From positions 25,638 to 89,637 of the forward strand of contig JBAXUE010000004.1 of assembly GCA_037129835.1 (NCBI GenBank): a stretch of 64,000 nt of DNA, given 5' to 3'. The notes beneath the pieces were generated by a model, which saw only the letters and a program-made list of their open reading frames with translations, made no database searches and had not been told where the DNA came from. Origin of the DNA: a bacterium (GTDB lineage: Bacteria > Patescibacteriota > CPR2 > UBA1875 > CAIMLA01). The position numbers and the translations under genes were made by a program. Each line of letters begins with the position of its first letter. The stretch's first letter is position 1. Shown piece after piece: positions 59,008 through 64,000 of this stretch.

Positions 59008-60234
59008 TTATGGTAGGAATATTTTGAATATCTTTTTTACTCTTTCAATAGTTATTTTAACCCATTCAGGTCCACCGATGGCTTCTTTTTCTTCGTAAGA
59101 GTACAACATAAGACCGATGGCTGTAGAAAAAGATGGATCATAAATCTTTTCAGTTAAGCCTCCCAAAGAATGTGGCTTCCCTATATTAACGGGAAGTCTA
59201 AAGAAGCTTTTTGCGAGTTCTTCAACTCCAATAAGTTTAGCTCCTCCACCTGTTAATACAACACCGGCAGGAAGTAAGCTGTCATGTTTTATTTTACGTA
59301 ACTCATCAAGTATTAGCCTAAATATTTCTTCAGATCTATCTTGAATTATTTCAGCAACATGCCTAGTTGGTACCACGCCTTCCTCAGAAATGTCGATGGC
59401 CGATAAATCAATTTTACTCGCTTCGGAGACATCTGCCGCAACTGCGTTGCCATATTTTATTTTTATTTTTTCTGCAACATCAACTGATGTTCTAAGTCCA
59501 ATTGCGATATCATTCGTTATACTAGCAGCGCCTATCGGGAAGACTTTAGTATATAGTACGCTATCGTCAATAAAAACAGTCAAGCCAGTGGTTGCAGCTC
59601 CGATATCGACCATAACACAACCCAGCTCTCTTTGTTTTTTTGTTAACGAGGCCTTCGCTGCCGCTAAAGGAGAAACAATAATGTCTTCAACATTCACTCC
59701 GGCTTGGGTAACACATCTTGTTATGTTCTTTGCTGCTTGGGAAGACACTGCTATTAAATGAGTTTCAACCTCAAGACGAACACCCGACATTTTAATAGGA
59801 TCCTTTATGGGCTCGCCATTATCAATACTAAAAAATCGTGGGATAACATGCAACAATTCTTTGTTTGCAGGTATTTGGATTGCCTGTGCAGCGTCTTCCG
59901 CTCTTATAATATCATTGCTAGTAATCTCTTGATCTGCCTTTGCTACAGCCACAACGCCTCGAGAGTTGGTGGAGCTTATGTGGCCACCATTAATATTGAC
60001 CATTGCCGAAGATATTTGCAGTCCCGAAACACCTTCGGCCATTTCTATGGCCTCAGAAACACCACTTACAGTCTCCTCAACCTCAGAAACTACACCCTTT
60101 TTTAGTCCTGTATTTTTTGAAATACCAATACCAATAATGTTTAATACACCTTCTTCGTCTGGTTGACCGACCACAACTGATATTTTACTCGAGCCGACAT
60201 CTAGGCCGACATAATATTCTTCCTTATTAGCCAT
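59008..60234 (-). CDS. ftsA: Cell division protein FtsA
   Basis: GLDVGSSKI, GLKKG, DIGAATT, ITNDIA, LTGGGA.L.G, TAIGL. Confidence 0.96.
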   Translation of the reverse strand: MANKEEYYVGLDVGSSKISVVVGQPDEEGVLNIIGIGISKNTGLKKGVVSEVEETVSGVSEAIEMAEGVSGLQISSAMVNINGGHISSTNSRGVVAVAKADQEITSNDIIRAEDAAQAIQIPANKELLHVIPRFFSIDNGEPIKDPIKMSGVRLEVETHLIAVSSQAAKNITRCVTQAGVNVEDIIVSPLAAAKASLTKKQRELGCVMVDIGAATTGLTVFIDDSVLYTKVFPIGAASITNDIAIGLRTSVDVAEKIKIKYGNAVAADVSEASKIDLSAIDISEEGVVPTRHVAEIIQDRSEEIFRLILDELRKIKHDSLLPAGVVLTGGGAKLIGVEELAKSFFRLPVNIGKPHSLGGLTEKIYDPSFSTAIGLMLYSYEEKEAIGGPEWVKITIERVKKIFKIFLP

Positions 60235-60280
60235 ATAGTTTTTTATCTGATCCTCTTCATTAACTTAAACATTATATATG

Positions 60281-61048
60281 CTAAACCCACAACTTTTCAA
60301 GTGCTGAGGTCGTGGTTGTGGTCAATATTTCTGGCCCATCAGCATGAATCCATACTGTATGCTCAAAATGAGCAGACAAGCTTTCATCTAACGTCTCGTA
60401 AGTCCAGCCGTCCTCATTAATCGCGACCTCATAATCACCGACAGTAACCATTGGCTCAATTGCTAGAGCTGAGTCGACAAGAATTTTTGGACCATCGTTA
60501 TTGTTTCCGTAGTTAGGTATAAACGGATCCTCATGAACATTTTCGCCGATCGCATGTCCTACCAACGAACGAACCACCCCAAAACCACTTTTTTCCACTT
60601 CTGTCTGGACAGCGTATCCAATAGCACCAATATTATTACCCGGATGTGCTGCTGCAATGCCCATTTCTAGTGCTTTTTCGGTTACAACCATCAGTCGATG
60701 TGCTTCAGCTGAAATATTTCCAACACCGAAGGTAATCGCAGAGTCTGTATGAAATCCACCTAATTCAACACCAAAATCTAGTGAAACTAGATCGCCGTTT
60801 CTAATTACATATTCTCCTGGTATGCCGTGAACAACTTGGGTATTTACTGATACACAAATTGCTGCGGGATATCCTTGATAATTTAGAAACGAAGGTTTGA
60901 CATGGTGCTTAAGACATAAACGTCTAGCCATATTATCAATTTCTATCGTCTTCATCCCAGGTACAGTTTTTCCCTTAATCTCATTAAGAATCGCTGCTAA
61001 TATTTGACCACCTTGGCGCATAGCTATAAGCTTATTACTTTGAGACAT
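60281..61048 (-). CDS. map: Methionine aminopeptidase type I
   Basis: CVSVN..VVHGIP, D.G......TDSA, GH.IG..HEDP, AIEPM, SAHFEHT. Confidence 0.95.
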   Translation of the reverse strand: MSQSNKLIAMRQGGQILAAILNEIKGKTVPGMKTIEIDNMARRLCLKHHVKPSFLNYQGYPAAICVSVNTQVVHGIPGEYVIRNGDLVSLDFGVELGGFHTDSAITFGVGNISAEAHRLMVVTEKALEMGIAAAHPGNNIGAIGYAVQTEVEKSGFGVVRSLVGHAIGENVHEDPFIPNYGNNNDGPKILVDSALAIEPMVTVGDYEVAINEDGWTYETLDESLSAHFEHTVWIHADGPEILTTTTTSALEKLWV

Positions 61049-61661
61049 TTAAAAGTCCTTGGCTAATATCCTTTGCTACTCGATTAATTGATTGATCACC
61101 ATTAATATTTATTAAAATACCTTTATTAGTAAAATAATTGACCAGAGGTAGTGTTGATTCAAGGAATGTCTGAACTCGTTTTATAATAGTAGCCAAGCTA
61201 TCATCGTCTCGAACAACCGGTCTACCACTACAATGTATGCACTTCATAGCTCCGACTGGAATGTTCTTTTTGCAGAGTGAACAGACCTTCCTTCTAGATA
61301 ACCTCTCTACAATCTTATCTTCTTCCAGCTGAATATATATTACTGCGTCTAAGTTTCTACTATGATGTGAAAGAATTTCATACATTTTTTCTGCTTGGTG
61401 CAGAGTCCTTGGAAAACCGTCAAATACTATCCCCTTATCTCCAGAAATAGTTGCCAACATCTTATCGGTTTCATTAATCACAAGGTCGTCATTTATTAAA
61501 CCGCCACTATCTATAATAGCCTTAATACTTGGATTCGTTGAAGATAAGCTTCTTGCGATATCACCGCCTGAAATCATCTCAAATTCTAAATATTTCTTCA
61601 TTTCCTCAATTTGGGTATCTTTGCCTGAACCTGGTGGCCCTATTACGATAATATTTTTCAT
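61035..61661 (-). CDS. adk: Adenylate kinase family nucleoside monophosphate kinase
   Basis: GPPGSGKDTQ, S.GD..R, DGFPRT..QA, CxxC...CxxC LID, R.DD. Confidence 0.85.
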   Translation of the reverse strand: MKNIIVIGPPGSGKDTQIEEMKKYLEFEMISGGDIARSLSSTNPSIKAIIDSGGLINDDLVINETDKMLATISGDKGIVFDGFPRTLHQAEKMYEILSHHSRNLDAVIYIQLEEDKIVERLSRRKVCSLCKKNIPVGAMKCIHCSGRPVVRDDDSLATIIKRVQTFLESTLPLVNYFTNKGILININGDQSINRVAKDISQGLLNVSK

Positions 61662-62071
61662 TGTATAAACCCCTCCCTTTTAAGTATCTTTCTTTCCAAT
61701 GATTGCATTATTTCTGCCTCTTTTTCGGTATTGTGATCAAACCCATAAATATGTAAAATTCCATGAACTAATAATAAACAAAACTCGTTGCTCAAATCAT
61801 TACAAATCGAGGCTGCTTGTTTGACTGTATAAGTATAACAAATAAATATTTGTCCCACTAGCGGAGAATCGCTTATATTAAAGCTTAGGACGTCTGTTGG
61901 CTTATTAATGCCTCGATAGCCCAGATTCAGTTCTGTCATTTTTTTAGTTGAAATAAATTTTAACTCAATATCGCCGTCTTTTTTATTCATAAAAGAAAAA
62001 GTAGCCTCTGCTACCCTTTCTAGTAAATCGTGTTTGATTTTGTAAGTATTACCGATTATGGTTATCTTCAT
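61658..62071 (-). CDS. ybeY: rRNA maturation endoribonuclease YbeY
   Basis: LN..YRG..KPTDVLSF, HGILHIYGFDH. Confidence 0.93.
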   Translation of the reverse strand: MKITIIGNTYKIKHDLLERVAEATFSFMNKKDGDIELKFISTKKMTELNLGYRGINKPTDVLSFNISDSPLVGQIFICYTYTVKQAASICNDLSNEFCLLLVHGILHIYGFDHNTEKEAEIMQSLERKILKREGFIQ

Positions 62072-62511
62072 GAAAGCTTGGTCCTAACAATTTCAGAAAG
62101 CTCTTTTCCGTCTACTGTACCTGCTGATAACTCCATAATAGACTTAATTACACCACCCATATCCTTTATTGACGAAGCTTGTAAATCTTCAATGGTTTTA
62201 TCAACAAGAGCTGTCAACTCTTCTGTTGGCATCTTTTTAGGTAAATACTGTTCTATTATAGATACTTCGCTTAACTCTTTTTCGGCAAGCTCTGTCCTAC
62301 CACCGTTTTCAAATAAATTCGCTGCCTCTTTTCGTTGTTTCGATTGTTTTTCTAATACCAAAAAAGTCTCCGTATCCGTCAAAGTATGACCTAGAGCGAT
62401 TTCTTGATTTTTTAAAGCACTTTTGAGCATTCTAAGGACGGATAGCCGGTCCACTTCTTGGCTTTTCATTGCCAACACGAGATCTGCATTTAATTGTTCC
62501 CAGACGGTCAT
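62068..62511 (-). CDS. GatB/YqeY domain protein
   Basis: AMK....RL.VLRMLKSA, KQR.EA...F..GGR, YLP, DMG.VI. Confidence 0.9.
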   Translation of the reverse strand: MTVWEQLNADLVLAMKSQEVDRLSVLRMLKSALKNQEIALGHTLTDTETFLVLEKQSKQRKEAANLFENGGRTELAEKELSEVSIIEQYLPKKMPTEELTALVDKTIEDLQASSIKDMGGVIKSIMELSAGTVDGKELSEIVRTKLS

Positions 62512-62512
62512 C

Positions 62513-62725
62513 TTAGTAGCCTTTCAATAATAGGTTTCTTGATTTAGTGTCTTTACGCGCCTGTTTTTTTATTGCAATTTCGCGTGCTTCTCTTTTTGAT
62601 AAATCTTTTTCAAAATGTTGTTTTTTCCTAGCCAATGGTAAGTTACCGCTCTGTTGAACCTTTCGGTTAAAGCGGCGTAGTAGGCTATCAAAATTTTCAT
62701 GATCTTTTCTTGTTACTGCTTGCAG
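62513..62725 (-). CDS. rpsU: 30S ribosomal protein S21 (CTG start)
   Basis: Not in the ORF track. (M)QAVTRKDHENFDSLLRRFNRKVQQSGNLPLARKKQHFEKDLSKREAREIAIKKQARKD..., with GGAGGTGA SD. Canonical rpsU-yqeY order. Confidence 0.88.
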   Translation of the reverse strand: MQAVTRKDHENFDSLLRRFNRKVQQSGNLPLARKKQHFEKDLSKREAREIAIKKQARKDTKSRNLLLKGY

Positions 62726-62887
62726 TGTAAGTCACCTCCCTTGCCGTTCAAAGTCCCGTAACAATGAATGGTTAGATTCTTGTGAAAATGTATATTTTAC
62801 CATTTCAACAGGCAAATTGTACCATAATAAAGACACGTAGTAAACTGTCTCATAGGTTTATTTTTACCGATAGCAAGTGTACTATAA

Positions 62888-64000
62888 TTAATTTACAAGG
62901 ACTGCTTCGTATTTTGATTTTTCTACAGAATAGAACCCCTGTTCAGCATCTGACATTTGTGGAACCGTAATTGTAATCTTTTCATTATTTCTTAGTACTA
63001 TAAGATTGAGGGCAACGCCAGATTCTAATATTGAACCACTAGAAACTTTAGACGATGGTACAAAAGCCGCTAAATCAATATCATTTGCTCGCGTAATTAT
63101 ATCTCCAGACCTTAACCCAGCTTTTTCAGCTAATGACGTGGGGTATATTTCACCAACGATATAACCTTGATTGTATGAATATTTTGACACCATCCCAGCC
63201 GAATTAAATTGTAGCATTTGTTCAATAGAAATAACTCCTGTTTCTTGTTCAAACATTTTTTCTACATCAATGGAGATATTAACATTTGTACCCTGATCAT
63301 CATAAAACAAAAATAAATATTTACTGTTTGAAGAGAATCCCAATGACTTTGGAGTAAGCGTCTTGGATGAATAGCTTTCGTTCTGTAAATCCTGGCCTCT
63401 AAAACGTTTTGAATCGCTAGTTTGAGTGTCATAGACTATTAGCTCGCTCAGTGAATAATCAGAAACATAGTATGCAACATATCTTCCATCCTTTGATACG
63501 CCGGCCAGTTGTTGCCCATAACTTGTGGCACTAGGCATATTCACCACTTCCTTAGTTATTAAATTAATTAGTTCAAAGCCGTCTGAATCTTTATTCAACA
63601 GTACCTGGCCTTTATTAGTTATTCCATAAGGAGGTAAATTGTCGTATGAAAAAGAATCACTTGAGCCATCAGAAATTTTATCGATTGGCTTTTTGCCCTT
63701 ATATAACTGTATTCCCTTGCTAGTAAGTAGATATATATTATCTGCATCTGACTGAACAATATAACTATTGTTACTTGAGTAAGAATCTTGTGAATCCTGT
63801 TTAATGGCGAAGAAACTAAGTTTTCCTGTTGCTAAATTAACTGAATTTAGATTATTTGGGAGAGCGGATGATCTAAAGTAATTAAAAACACCTGAAGTAT
63901 TTTTCTTAGTCCTTGAAGTAACAAATTCCAAACTTTCACCATTCTTATTGAAAGCCAACGAAATAATACCCGTATCTTCGCCTGTTTCGATATAAGAAAT
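62888..64000 (-). CDS. Beta-propeller-like (TolB/WD40-like) protein with C-terminal PDZ domain, 5' end beyond the window
   Basis: SKDGRYVAY and FSSNSKYL blade motifs, SLAEKAGLRSGDII PDZ. Frame open to the window edge. Confidence 0.65.
   Translation of the reverse strand: MSYIETGEDTGIISLAFNKNGESLEFVTSRTKKNTSGVFNYFRSSALPNNLNSVNLATGKLSFFAIKQDSQDSYSSNNSYIVQSDADNIYLLTSKGIQLYKGKKPIDKISDGSSDSFSYDNLPPYGITNKGQVLLNKDSDGFELINLITKEVVNMPSATSYGQQLAGVSKDGRYVAYYVSDYSLSELIVYDTQTSDSKRFRGQDLQNESYSSKTLTPKSLGFSSNSKYLFLFYDDQGTNVNISIDVEKMFEQETGVISIEQMLQFNSAGMVSKYSYNQGYIVGEIYPTSLAEKAGLRSGDIITRANDIDLAAFVPSSKVSSGSILESGVALNLIVLRNNEKITITVPQMSDAEQGFYSVEKSKYEAVLVN

Overview
A low-GC bacterial chromosomal segment with dense housekeeping genes, almost all on the minus strand, read in genetic code 11 (TGA is used as a stop, e.g. 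ATGA overlaps at 24958-24961 and 49424-49427). Gene content and order suggest Patescibacteria (CPR): short Tsf, ProRS without an editing domain, IleRS type 2, no pyrH/cdsA/dxr in the rpsB-tsf-frr-uppS-rseP-proS operon, and ftsA-ftsZ-nrdR-nrdD. This taxonomy is inference. The window holds replication genes (dnaX, dnaB, ybaB, parAB), translation genes (rplJL, rpsB, tsf, frr, rpmE, prfA, rplU, rpsU, proS, ileS, tgt, ybeY, map), cell shape and division genes (mreBCD, pbp2, rodA, ftsAZ, glmS, LCP), and nucleotide/C1 genes (class III RNR, dCMP deaminase-NUDIX, folD, glyA, gmk, adk). It also has a GtrA/GT2/3xGT-C glycosylation cluster and a small accessory island at about 13.9-19.2 kb. The most notable observation is an Ile (AUC) T-box riboswitch of the ultrashort-Stem-I translational type. 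Its first downstream gene is an uncharacterised GNAT-like ORF with an apparent ATA start, and ileS follows that ORF. Other points of interest: a membrane-anchored Clp-like AAA+ ATPase with a degenerate first ring, a split class III RNR with a stand-alone glycyl-radical peptide, a CTG-initiated rpsU, an L7/L12 with a heptad-repeat extension, and REP-like palindromes. I found no CRISPR array, tRNA, rRNA, transposase or prophage. All calls come from reading the sequence; no database search was run.
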